From Spirochaetia bacterium (GTDB lineage: Bacteria > Spirochaetota > Spirochaetia > DSM-16054 > Sediminispirochaetaceae), in assembly GCA_034520965.1 (NCBI GenBank), contig JAXHMY010000002.1, positions 160,001 to 224,000 on the forward strand: a DNA stretch of 64,000 bases, in the 5' to 3' direction. The first letter of the stretch is position 1. Each line of letters begins with the position of its first letter. The translations under genes were made by a program, and so were the position numbers. The notes beneath the pieces were generated by a model. It searched no databases and was not told where the DNA came from. It saw nothing but the letters and a program-made list of their open reading frames with translations. Shown piece by piece: positions 49,918 to 58,919 of the stretch.

Positions 49918-52386
49918 ATGGCCTTTGACGACGTATTTCAGGAAGAGAACAAGCAAAACGGAACCGACGAACAAGAGCTGGAGCAATACGGCGTCTGGGT
50001 AAAAGTAGGTCCTGAAGAAATTTCTGCTGATGATGAAGGTACTATCAAGGATGAATACGAGCTTCACGATCTTGAATCACAGGAAAAGAGTGAACTAACC
50101 GATGAGGAAGAACAACTTCTAAGCGAACTTGAGCAGCAGCCTGACGAGAAATCAGGAATAGAAACCAATCTTGAAGATATAGATTTCGACAACGATTTAG
50201 ATGACTTAGATTCTGATTTAGAGGATCTTAATTTTGGAGTTGAAGATGACACCGCAGAGCACTCGGCAGAAGCTGTTGAAGAACTGTCCACTGAAACATC
50301 CCCTTCCGAAGTAGATTTTAATACCGAAGACATTGATGACATCGAAGACATTGATGACATCGAAGATATTGATATTGAAAGTATTGATGAACTTCCCGAT
50401 TTACCGGAGGAAGAGACTGCTACCGATCTCTCAGATTCTATAGAAGAGAGTCAAGAGCCTGATGCTGAAACTAGTGCAACATCAGATACGTCAGTAGACG
50501 AGGATGAACTAGACATTGACGAAGATCTATTACTTGACCCTGAAGACCTCGATGAGCTTGACGACCTGGATGTTGATAGTTTACTCGAAGAAGACCTTTC
50601 AGAATTAAACTCCTCTGAAGCGAGCCCTTCTGAAACGAAAGAGACACCTGAAGAGGTAGAGAGTCCCGCACAGAGCTCCGAGCATGAAGAAACTCCGCTT
50701 ATTGAACAAGAAATTGAAGATATCGACCTACATGACCTTGAACAATCTGATTATGGCGAAAATCTACAGGAGCTGGATCAGATTCAAGACTCAACAGCTA
50801 CCGATGATTTAGAGATGGATGAATTCGATGACCTGAAAGCTTTAGAAGATGATCTGAGTATAGTTTCAGAAGATACGGAAGAAGCTGCAGCGCCCGAGAC
50901 CGGCCCTAAAGATAATGAACCTGCAGATAATGAACCTGAGGAGAGCACGTCTGAAAAGACCACTCCGGAGGGTAACGGGTCAACTCAGATTCTATCAAAG
51001 ATCGAAGATGAGCTGCTTTCCATCAAGGAAGAACTATCATCCCTTAAAAGTGAGCTCTCTTCGCTCCGCTCAAAAGAAACTTTCTCTCCTGAGAGCTCGG
51101 AGTCGGAGGAAATGTCCGCCCAGGAGGAACGTGAACGTCGAGAGGCTGCAGGTTTCTTCGAAGATGATGAAGATGAAACCATTGCTCTCACCGGTGATGA
51201 GCTCGACAATATTCTCAATACCGCCGACATTACTGAAGAAAACGGAACGGCGGAAAACCTTCCCGATGATTACAGTGAAGACATCTCAAAGGATGAAGAT
51301 ACCGAAAAAGATAAAGGTACCGAGACATCAGACCTGCTCGAGGATTTTGAAGTTCCTGAAGAAGACTTTGATGAATTAGAAGAATTTGATGAGAATGAGG
51401 AACCTGAAGAACTCGATTTTGAAGAGTTGCCTGATATATCCGATATCCAAGAACTGGATGAAGAGGGTACACTTCCTGAACCGCTTACCGATGACGATGA
51501 AAAATTATTGTTGGATAAGGAGGATATCCTTAGCGAACAGGCGGAATCCGGCCCTGAAGAATTGGAATTTCTTGAAGCAGACGAGACGACCGGAGAGGTT
51601 GATGAAGAAGAAACAGAGATCCCTTCAACTGAGAGTACGGCACCGGAGGCTGAGAGCACCGCTCCTGCACAGGAAAGCTCTATCGACGAAGATGAAATTA
51701 TCGATATAAACCTTGATGAATTAGAAGACCTGGAAGACTCTCCTGCGGCAGAATACGAGGAAAGTACGGCTATATCTGAAGATGAAGATATTTTAGATGA
51801 AATAGAAATTGATATTCCCAGTGATGAGGAAAACGAAGAAGAATCCGCAGAAACTGCCACAGCAAGTGCCGGTACACCAGAAGAGGAATCGGAAGAGGAA
51901 ATTGAGGAATTAGACGCAGTGACCGCTGAAGCCGCAGACGAAGAGCAGGAAGATACGTGGAGTGAGCCTGAAGATGAACTAGATACTTTTGAAGAGTTAG
52001 AGCTCGATACGGAAGAGCCTTTAGAAACTGAAACTGAGGATATTCCGGATGAAGAGATTCTGTTTGATGAAGACGAAGTAGAAGAAGATATTCAGCCCTT
52101 AGAGATGGAGACAGCCGAAGATCAATCTGACCTGGACAGCCTGTTCGAGGCCGAACCTCCGGAGGAACCGGTATCTTATGGCGAGGACGAAGAGGGCAAT
52201 GAAAAAGCAGATGCCGGCAGTGTCGAGGCAATACCTGAAGGAATACGTACTGAAATTAAGTCGGTGCTCTCATATATGGACCAGTTATTGGAATCACTGC
52301 CTGAAGAAAAAATTCAGGAGTTTGCAAACTCCGACCATTTTGACGTCTATAAACGTTTGTTTGATGAATTAGGTTTAAGTTCTTAA
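49918..52386 (+). CDS. Hyper-acidic, largely low-complexity protein with ordered-looking termini and central coiled coil
   Basis: 822-aa D/E-rich ORF; N-term LEQYGVWVK, central ILSKIEDELLSIKEELSSLK and GFFEDDEDETIALTGDELDNIL, C-term EIKSVLSYMDQLLESLPEEKIQEF; SD AGGAG. Confidence 0.85.
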   Translation: MAFDDVFQEENKQNGTDEQELEQYGVWVKVGPEEISADDEGTIKDEYELHDLESQEKSELTDEEEQLLSELEQQPDEKSGIETNLEDIDFDNDLDDLDSDLEDLNFGVEDDTAEHSAEAVEELSTETSPSEVDFNTEDIDDIEDIDDIEDIDIESIDELPDLPEEETATDLSDSIEESQEPDAETSATSDTSVDEDELDIDEDLLLDPEDLDELDDLDVDSLLEEDLSELNSSEASPSETKETPEEVESPAQSSEHEETPLIEQEIEDIDLHDLEQSDYGENLQELDQIQDSTATDDLEMDEFDDLKALEDDLSIVSEDTEEAAAPETGPKDNEPADNEPEESTSEKTTPEGNGSTQILSKIEDELLSIKEELSSLKSELSSLRSKETFSPESSESEEMSAQEERERREAAGFFEDDEDETIALTGDELDNILNTADITEENGTAENLPDDYSEDISKDEDTEKDKGTETSDLLEDFEVPEEDFDELEEFDENEEPEELDFEELPDISDIQELDEEGTLPEPLTDDDEKLLLDKEDILSEQAESGPEELEFLEADETTGEVDEEETEIPSTESTAPEAESTAPAQESSIDEDEIIDINLDELEDLEDSPAAEYEESTAISEDEDILDEIEIDIPSDEENEEESAETATASAGTPEEESEEEIEELDAVTAEAADEEQEDTWSEPEDELDTFEELELDTEEPLETETEDIPDEEILFDEDEVEEDIQPLEMETAEDQSDLDSLFEAEPPEEPVSYGEDEEGNEKADAGSVEAIPEGIRTEIKSVLSYMDQLLESLPEEKIQEFANSDHFDVYKRLFDELGLSS
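50326..50376 (+). repeat. In-frame 18-bp tandem repeat (EDIDDI) in the acidic protein
   Basis: GAAGACATTGATGACATC x2 plus a degenerate third unit. Confidence 0.8.
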
Positions 52387-52407
52387 TTCAATACCGGAGA
52401 GGAAAGT

Positions 52408-53393
52408 ATGAGCACTGAGATGCATTCTATGGGTGGTTTACTACACTCTGCAATCGATATAAAGAACTCTACATTTAAAAAAAAAAATTAGTTGATGATG
52501 TTGTAGGTAGTTTTACTCACAATTCGCCTACTCCACTCAATTCTCTACGATGTATTCACCGCATCATCGAAAAGGATGATTTTGTCCGGGGCGCACTATT
52601 AATGCTCGATCTTGACACAGAATGGTTTGTTCCCAGACTTTTAAAGAATTTGGATGTATCCAGCGGCCGAAGATTACGTATCCCCTACGAAAAATTAGTA
52701 AGTCGTTTGCAAAACTCTCCATCGCTACATGGAAATTCTTCGGCCTTTCAATTTTTTAACCAGTATCTTTCACTGCGAACCTTTGAATCTACCGACTTTT
52801 TTGGTGCTTACTCTTTTCAATCACCACAAATGCTGTCTGGAGTTTTGATCGAATTGCGTAGTGAAGAGGAGGGACGCTCGCCCTTTGAAATAGATACCTC
52901 AGAGTCACAGGATATAGGCACTTTTTTAGTTGATGCCCGAAAGAACCTAAGCGGACATAAGTTAAAAGAGCATTTTGAACTAAGCGATATAGAAGTAGAG
53001 CTTGACAGACTTATATCAAAGGCGGAACAGGATGAAAGTAAGATCTATATTTTCTTTCTCGATCTCATACCCCTGGTAAAAGCTATCTCGGCGAAATACC
53101 CGTTTATAGAAGAGTACTATTTGCAGAAAGATATTCAAGGTACTCTCTCGCTTCTTAGCGGTGAAGAAGGTTTTTGCAGTACCCTTGGCAGTAATACCAC
53201 TATTCTGGCGATAAAATCACGGGGATTAAAGCGCAGCAATGTATTGATTCATCAAATGAAGCATCTCGTCCGGGAGCGCTTTTCTTCGGAAGATGTCGTG
53301 CTTCCGGACCTACAGGTCCAGACACGTTCTTGGCCGATTGACGGGAAAGACAGCTTCAGCCTTCTAAAAGACTACCGCTTATCTGAGGAATGA
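52408..53393 (+). CDS. Hypothetical protein interrupted by A11 tract (52477-52487)
   Basis: GAGG SD and ATG 52408; A12 would join MSTEMHSMGGLL...FKKKK to the 263-aa ORF at 52602. Confidence 0.6.
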
Positions 53394-54928
53394 GTATCTC
53401 TTCAACCCATCTAACCGGCTTACATTCACGATATGACCCGTGGCGTGAAGCAGAAAAGTATATTCAGCACGCCCAGGTTTCCCTTTCAAAAAAAATTTAC
53501 ATTCTACTAGAACCGGGCTACGGCTATTTAGCGAAGGTTCTTCTAAACAAAAATCCACATGCAAAAATATTAGAAGTGCATTGCATAGGCGGTGTAGAAA
53601 CTTTTTCTGTCTCAGCTGCTCAGCCGGAAATTGCTGCTTGGTTACCTGGCTCAGAAATTTCACTCTCCGCATTTCTTTCTACGCATATCGATGACCTGGA
53701 AATTGGTTCGGTTGAGATAATAGAATGGCCGCCGGCAGAAAGGGGCTTTCCAAATGCCTACGCTAAGCTAAAACATCAGGTCCGGTCATTTTTACAGGAG
53801 CGTCGAGCTACAGTCCACACTACCGGAAAGTGCGGCCGCTTATGGCTGAGAAATACTCTTAAGAGAGTTGCCTTCCTCCCGCCGCTCATCACTGAGCTGA
53901 AAGTGAATGTACCTATAGTAATTGCCGCATCCGGACCTTCATTACAAAAAGCCCTACCTCTACTTGCTCATAGGCAGGACTCTCTTTTCATCCTTGCCCT
54001 GCCTTCATCAATACGAACACTCACACAGCACAAGATAAAGCCGCATATGGTTGTACATTCAGACCCTGGCTTCTACTCCAACTATCATCTTCGCAGTTCC
54101 CTCTCTGCAGACCTGCAAGCCGCTCCCTTATACGCTGCCGGCTACCGTACGGCGCTGCAGCAGCTGTTACTACTCTCAACAGGCTCCCCCATTGAGGAGT
54201 TTTTTATAAGTAAACTGAGCAATAATGCATTGAGAATAATGCCCCACGGTACAGTCGCAGGTATCGCGTATCAACTTGCAACAAAAATCAGTACAGGGCC
54301 AATAATATGGGCGGGACTCGACTTATGCTACCAGGACATCCAAGCTCATCCCCGACCCCACAGTTTTGACCATCTTATTCAGACTGCATGCCATCGTTAT
54401 GCTCCGCTGCAGGATATCTTTTTCCGCCGTTCGCCGCTGTCAACAGCCGGTGAGACTCGTCCTGCACCACTGCAGAGTTTTGCCCTCACCCGTTACGCCG
54501 ATTGGTTTCAACGCCTATCCCCGGCACTACACAATCAGTTCTTTCGTTTATTTCCCTCTGCAGTAGAAATACAGGCCTTTACACATATCAGCACTACAGA
54601 AGTAGAAGCCTTCTGCGATAAGCCGGTTTCCGTAGCTATGACCAAGCAGTCCATAGAATTAGAGGAAGATGCAGGCCTCCGGGCTCTTACCGCTTTTATT
54701 GAGGAAGTACTCACACAAACAGATCATTTCAACGAGCCCTATAACACCTCCGAAGACGTACTTTTTCGTTTGAAAAATTATCCACTCTTGTATGAACTCA
54801 TGAAGTATACATCACTTCCGCTTCTATTTCGACTACATAGAGGTTCTGCTAAGCTCAAGGATGTACAAATCGCACTTTCCAAAACTAGTGCCGAAATTCA
54901 ATCTATTATCCAGGCGGTGAACTCGTAA
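53390..54928 (+). CDS. Maf/DUF115 (MptE-like) family protein, divergent copy
   Basis: LHSRYDPWREA, AASGPSL, HSDPG, GTVA...WAGLDL. Confidence 0.75.
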   Translation: MSISSTHLTGLHSRYDPWREAEKYIQHAQVSLSKKIYILLEPGYGYLAKVLLNKNPHAKILEVHCIGGVETFSVSAAQPEIAAWLPGSEISLSAFLSTHIDDLEIGSVEIIEWPPAERGFPNAYAKLKHQVRSFLQERRATVHTTGKCGRLWLRNTLKRVAFLPPLITELKVNVPIVIAASGPSLQKALPLLAHRQDSLFILALPSSIRTLTQHKIKPHMVVHSDPGFYSNYHLRSSLSADLQAAPLYAAGYRTALQQLLLLSTGSPIEEFFISKLSNNALRIMPHGTVAGIAYQLATKISTGPIIWAGLDLCYQDIQAHPRPHSFDHLIQTACHRYAPLQDIFFRRSPLSTAGETRPAPLQSFALTRYADWFQRLSPALHNQFFRLFPSAVEIQAFTHISTTEVEAFCDKPVSVAMTKQSIELEEDAGLRALTAFIEEVLTQTDHFNEPYNTSEDVLFRLKNYPLLYELMKYTSLPLLFRLHRGSAKLKDVQIALSKTSAEIQSIIQAVNS

Positions 54929-56610
54929 TGTCAGATACAGCTCTGCTAAATGTAAATATGCTGGCCCTCTCCTCCGGCCAACCGACTTTATCAGTTAAAT
55001 TAGGCCAGGAAACCCCCTCGAAGAAGGTGCACATTGAAACAAGTAAAAACGGTCTCCCCGTACCGGTAATACAGCATGAAACCCGTAAATATAGTTTACA
55101 CTCCAAAATTGATCCTATCCGCGAGGGTGAGCGGTTTTATCAGTCGGCTCCCCACGGTGGATATCTTGTATTTTTAGGTTTCGGAGCAGGATACCATATC
55201 AGTCCGTTTCTAAAGCGATCGGATATATCCAGAATTGTAATTATAGATTTCGATGCTTCTATTTTTAAGTACTTATTGAAATCAATCGATCTGCGTCATT
55301 TCTTTCTGGATCAGCGGGTACGCTTTTTGATCGACCCAAGTGTAGAAGAAATTAGCAGGGAAATGCTCGATAATTATCTGCCCGCAGTATCCGGAAATCT
55401 GCAAGTGCTCCAGCTGCGTTCACGGGTATATATGGAAAGAGAGCGGTTTTCCGCAGCTCAAAAACATATTCAAGTGGTTATAAAATCAATTTCAGAAGAT
55501 TATTCGGTACAATCCTACTTTGGCAAACGCTGGTTTGTAAACAGTATAAGAAATCTGCATCTTGCTGAAACTTCCACCACAACCCTGCCGCCTGTTCGCA
55601 CAGCCCTAATCACAGCAGCAGGTCCTTCACTCGAAATCCAATTACCGGAGCTCAAACAGCAGATTGGCAAGGGAACCCTCATCGCAACCGATACATCTCT
55701 TCCTTTTTTATTGAAAAATAACATTATTCCCGATTTGGTAATTTCTATTGACTGTCAGCACATAACCTATCATCACTTCATGGCTGGGTATCCCGAAAAT
55801 GTTCCGCTTGTTCTAGACTTAGCCTCTCCGAACCATTTAACCACTAAAACCGCTAGACTTGTATTTTTTACAAGCGGTCACCCTTTCTCCAGGTATGTGA
55901 ATAGTGTGTGGAGACGTTTTCCCCACATAGATACTTCCGGCGGAAACGTAAGCCATGCAGCAGTCAGTTTAGCTGAAGCCCTCGGTGCTCAGCAGATACT
56001 TCTATTTGGTGCCGACTTCTCCTTTCCTGAAGGTAAAAGTTACACTAGGGGTACCTACTTATACCCATTTTTTCACACATCCTCATTTCGAACCAGTCCT
56101 CTGGAACACCATTTCTTTTCGTTTTTACTTCGCAACGAGAATATTATCAAGGTAAAAGAGCCGAATTACATTCGTTATACAACCAGCCCTATGATCAGCT
56201 ATAAAAAACGTCTTGAGCAGGCCTCGGCAGAACTTACCGCCGAACTGATTCCGGTGCCCGGAAAAGGGGAAATGCTTACCCCGGCGGTCCGTAAGCGGCA
56301 CCGAGATGCAACAGTCATCGTTGGAACGCTGTTCTCCGCCGGTGCGGCAGCACTGAGTTGGAAGGAGTTTATCAAATCATATTCCCAGGCTGTTGAATCA
56401 CTGCCCCTGCCGCAGGAATCGTTGAACCATTACAACTCATTACTCTCGAAGGAACAGAAAGATATTGTTACTACTCTTCTGCCCGCGGCAGCGGCTATCC
56501 GCCGGGAACGCGAACTGCAGGGAGGACAACAAACTGGAGCAGAAATTTTGGCGGATGTCATCGAGTGGACGCAGGCGACTATTTCAGCTCATTTATCAGC
56601 GTTAGAATAA
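54928..56610 (+). CDS. Motility-associated factor (Maf)/DUF115 glycosyltransferase-family protein
   Basis: LHSKIDPIREG, GFGAGYH, AAGPSL, IATDT, SIDCQ, SGGNVSHAA...GADFSF. Confidence 0.82.
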   Translation: MSDTALLNVNMLALSSGQPTLSVKLGQETPSKKVHIETSKNGLPVPVIQHETRKYSLHSKIDPIREGERFYQSAPHGGYLVFLGFGAGYHISPFLKRSDISRIVIIDFDASIFKYLLKSIDLRHFFLDQRVRFLIDPSVEEISREMLDNYLPAVSGNLQVLQLRSRVYMERERFSAAQKHIQVVIKSISEDYSVQSYFGKRWFVNSIRNLHLAETSTTTLPPVRTALITAAGPSLEIQLPELKQQIGKGTLIATDTSLPFLLKNNIIPDLVISIDCQHITYHHFMAGYPENVPLVLDLASPNHLTTKTARLVFFTSGHPFSRYVNSVWRRFPHIDTSGGNVSHAAVSLAEALGAQQILLFGADFSFPEGKSYTRGTYLYPFFHTSSFRTSPLEHHFFSFLLRNENIIKVKEPNYIRYTTSPMISYKKRLEQASAELTAELIPVPGKGEMLTPAVRKRHRDATVIVGTLFSAGAAALSWKEFIKSYSQAVESLPLPQESLNHYNSLLSKEQKDIVTTLLPAAAAIRRERELQGGQQTGAEILADVIEWTQATISAHLSALE

Positions 56611-57440
56611 ACAATACCTGCATAACCTACAAAAGAACTATCGGGATGTATGGAATAGCTACTATCATATCCGGTTAAAATTCCTTCTTCACTTCCGTGA
56701 GCAGCAGCAAATTCTATGGCTGCAACCGCAGCTCCGGGAGAGCAGGCAGCTTTACGCTGGTTTCCCCAGTGCAGTACATCTTCAGACTGCATCTGAAGCA
56801 TATGTTTTATTATACCCCCATCGTTTTCCTGTTGAGCCCACTCTACAGCTTCCGGACCTATGCCTTTGGGCGCAAATCCATAATTTGGACCGTAATGTGT
56901 TAAATCGGTTGATCCGATCATACATACCCTTTCCGACAGCGTCCCCGCTATTCCGGCGCAGACACGGCCAAGCTCAACAGCTTCTTCGCCTGCTTCAACC
57001 CGGAGCCACAGCACCTTTGCCTCCGGAAAAAGGTACTTCACTATCGGCAACTGAACTTCCACCGTATTATCAGCGGCTTTGTCCGCTTTTAATGCAATCT
57101 GCTCACCTAGTTTGTTTTTGAATTCCTCGGCGGCGGCCATTGGTCCAAAGGGAGTTTCAAAGTAGTGCTCGTTGGCTATTGCTGTGCCGTCACCGGCACG
57201 CATATGACCTCCTACAATGATTACTATTTTTGATTCAGGATTTAGCTGACGAAGAGTTTTATATGCCAATTTACCTGAAAAGCTCCACCCGGCGTGGGGC
57301 ACAACAGCGGACATACCGGATTTAATACCGTGAGCCTCCATCGATTTTTCCCAACTCTCTATTACACGTACCGTCTCTTTTTCGTCGGCAGGGTACCAAC
57401 CTGGTGGAAGGATTCGCTTTCTTACCTTTCTATCATTCAT
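56589..57440 (-). CDS. AmmeMemoRadiSam protein B / MEMO1-family protein
   Basis: GWYP, VPHAGWSFSG, NTVEVQLP, GSTDLTHYG, ACSPGA, FVGYAG. Confidence 0.9.
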   Translation of the reverse strand: MNDRKVRKRILPPGWYPADEKETVRVIESWEKSMEAHGIKSGMSAVVPHAGWSFSGKLAYKTLRQLNPESKIVIIVGGHMRAGDGTAIANEHYFETPFGPMAAAEEFKNKLGEQIALKADKAADNTVEVQLPIVKYLFPEAKVLWLRVEAGEEAVELGRVCAGIAGTLSERVCMIGSTDLTHYGPNYGFAPKGIGPEAVEWAQQENDGGIIKHMLQMQSEDVLHWGNQRKAACSPGAAVAAIEFAAAHGSEEGILTGYDSSYSIHPDSSFVGYAGIVYSNADK

Positions 57441-57478
57441 ATTTCTAGTTTAAAACATTTGACCATACAATCTCAAGG

Positions 57479-57620
57479 CAGCGATTCTAAATTTGGAAGT
57501 CTTTTGACTTCCAAATTTAGAATTCGCATCAATTTCTTTGCAAAATTTTATATATCTCAACGTGTGGAGGCATTCTCATTTTGGATAGTGTAATTACACT
57601 ATCCAAAATGAGAATAGCTG
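57479..57620. mobile_element. Palindromic MITE-like element, copy D (142 bp, opposite orientation to copy A)
   Basis: Termini CAGCGATTCT...AGAATAGCTG; exact 9-bp direct repeat ATCTCAAGG (57470-57478, 57621-57629); perfect palindromes at 57484-57523 (18-bp arms) and 57572-57615 (22-bp arms, no loop). Confidence 0.8.
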
Positions 57621-57736
57621 ATCTCAAGGCCGAACAATTCAAAAACTTTTATTTCTAGAGTGAGCTCACCTATAAGGCGTTTTGAGCTAAAAAAAAACGA
57701 TTTTACTTTCACCAGTTTTTAATTATAATACAAGCC

Positions 57737-58912
57737 ATGAATAGGAAATTACTCTTTGCAATTAACCTGTCGGCGATCATTCTTCTGTTGGCCCTGATTG
57801 GATATATCCTGTTGACCCTAGTGAGCTCTTATCGCTTAAATACGAGCGATGCAAGGCTTGATATAACCCGTACAAGTGTACAGGCAAAGTCACTGTTCTC
57901 CGTCACAACCGGGAGTGCAGAACAGGAGTTGAATAATTTTCGCAACAGTCTTATCGATAATGCTCAAATCAAGAGCCTTGTTTTGTATGGCAGGAATGGA
58001 GAACTTATCTACGTGTATGCGCGGAACCCGTCTTATTTGAAGATATCCCAGGGTTCTGAGCAGTTTTCTCGAAGTTCTGTTCATTTGCCATATAACAATC
58101 TATATGAAACAATCCATAAAGTGGAATTAAATACTGATAATCGACTCATTGCGGAAGGGGTTTATCAACTGTTCAGTCCGAACTACCTGCTTAGTTTAGC
58201 AAAACAGCTTTTTCTGGTCCTCTCAGTGCTGACCCTGTTTTTGCTGATATTTGTAATAGTAACCAGCCGAAGATCTTTTGCCGAGTACCCCAGTAACGCC
58301 GGCGAAAAAGAGACAGCCCCGGCGGGCGGTTCCTCAGATACGGCATTCCAAACGAGTGCTGTTTCATCGGCCGCAGTTGCCCATCCTGCCACACAAACGG
58401 AAAGCGAAGAATCGCTCTACACACCCGACTCCGGTCTCTGTTTTGAGCAATACCTAGAAGAACGCCTCAGCAATGAATTGCGACGGGCGGCCTCTTTTGA
58501 CCAGGACCTAGTAACTGCCCTGATCAAATGCAAGGGAGCAGTAGACAACCGATCAACTTACATCCAATTAGCAAAAAAATTAAAAGAGCACTTTACCTTC
58601 CACGATCTTCTATTTGAGGTCCAAAATGATAAGATGGCGGTAATCCTTCCCAGCAGCGATCTTGAACAGGGAATTACTGAACTTTCCGATTTTCAGAAAG
58701 AACTATTCCAAGCTACTCCGGACATGTTCTGTGCATCTGATATTTCTATTGGATTAAGTTCAAGAAACGGCCGGCTTATCAACAGCGATCGTATCCTAAA
58801 AGAGGCCCATGCAGCTCTAAAACGAGCTGAAGAGGATAGTGAAACAAACCTGATTGGTTTCCGTCCCGATCCTGGCAAGTTCCGTTCATTCTTGGCAATG
58901 CAGAATAAGTGA
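57737..58912 (+). CDS. Two-TM protein with degenerate GGDEF-like C-terminal domain
   Basis: TM-periplasmic-TM layout; PDSGLCFEQYLEERLSNELRRA...ISIGLS...ILKEAHAALKRA; GGDEF position reads VQNDK. Confidence 0.7.
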   Translation: MNRKLLFAINLSAIILLLALIGYILLTLVSSYRLNTSDARLDITRTSVQAKSLFSVTTGSAEQELNNFRNSLIDNAQIKSLVLYGRNGELIYVYARNPSYLKISQGSEQFSRSSVHLPYNNLYETIHKVELNTDNRLIAEGVYQLFSPNYLLSLAKQLFLVLSVLTLFLLIFVIVTSRRSFAEYPSNAGEKETAPAGGSSDTAFQTSAVSSAAVAHPATQTESEESLYTPDSGLCFEQYLEERLSNELRRAASFDQDLVTALIKCKGAVDNRSTYIQLAKKLKEHFTFHDLLFEVQNDKMAVILPSSDLEQGITELSDFQKELFQATPDMFCASDISIGLSSRNGRLINSDRILKEAHAALKRAEEDSETNLIGFRPDPGKFRSFLAMQNK

Positions 58913-58919
58913 GGTTCCT

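Noticed and set aside
50064..52231. Ser-rich minus-strand ORFs
   Set aside because: Antisense shadows of GAA/GAT-rich codons in the acidic protein
56589..57440. Complete AmmeMemoRadiSam system
   Set aside because: Only the MEMO1-like gene is present; the radical SAM at 19515 belongs to a different family
57294..57593. 99-aa ORF (+) and the similar 42608-42832 ORF reading through elements
   Set aside because: Mostly antisense to real genes; no coding signature or transposase motif
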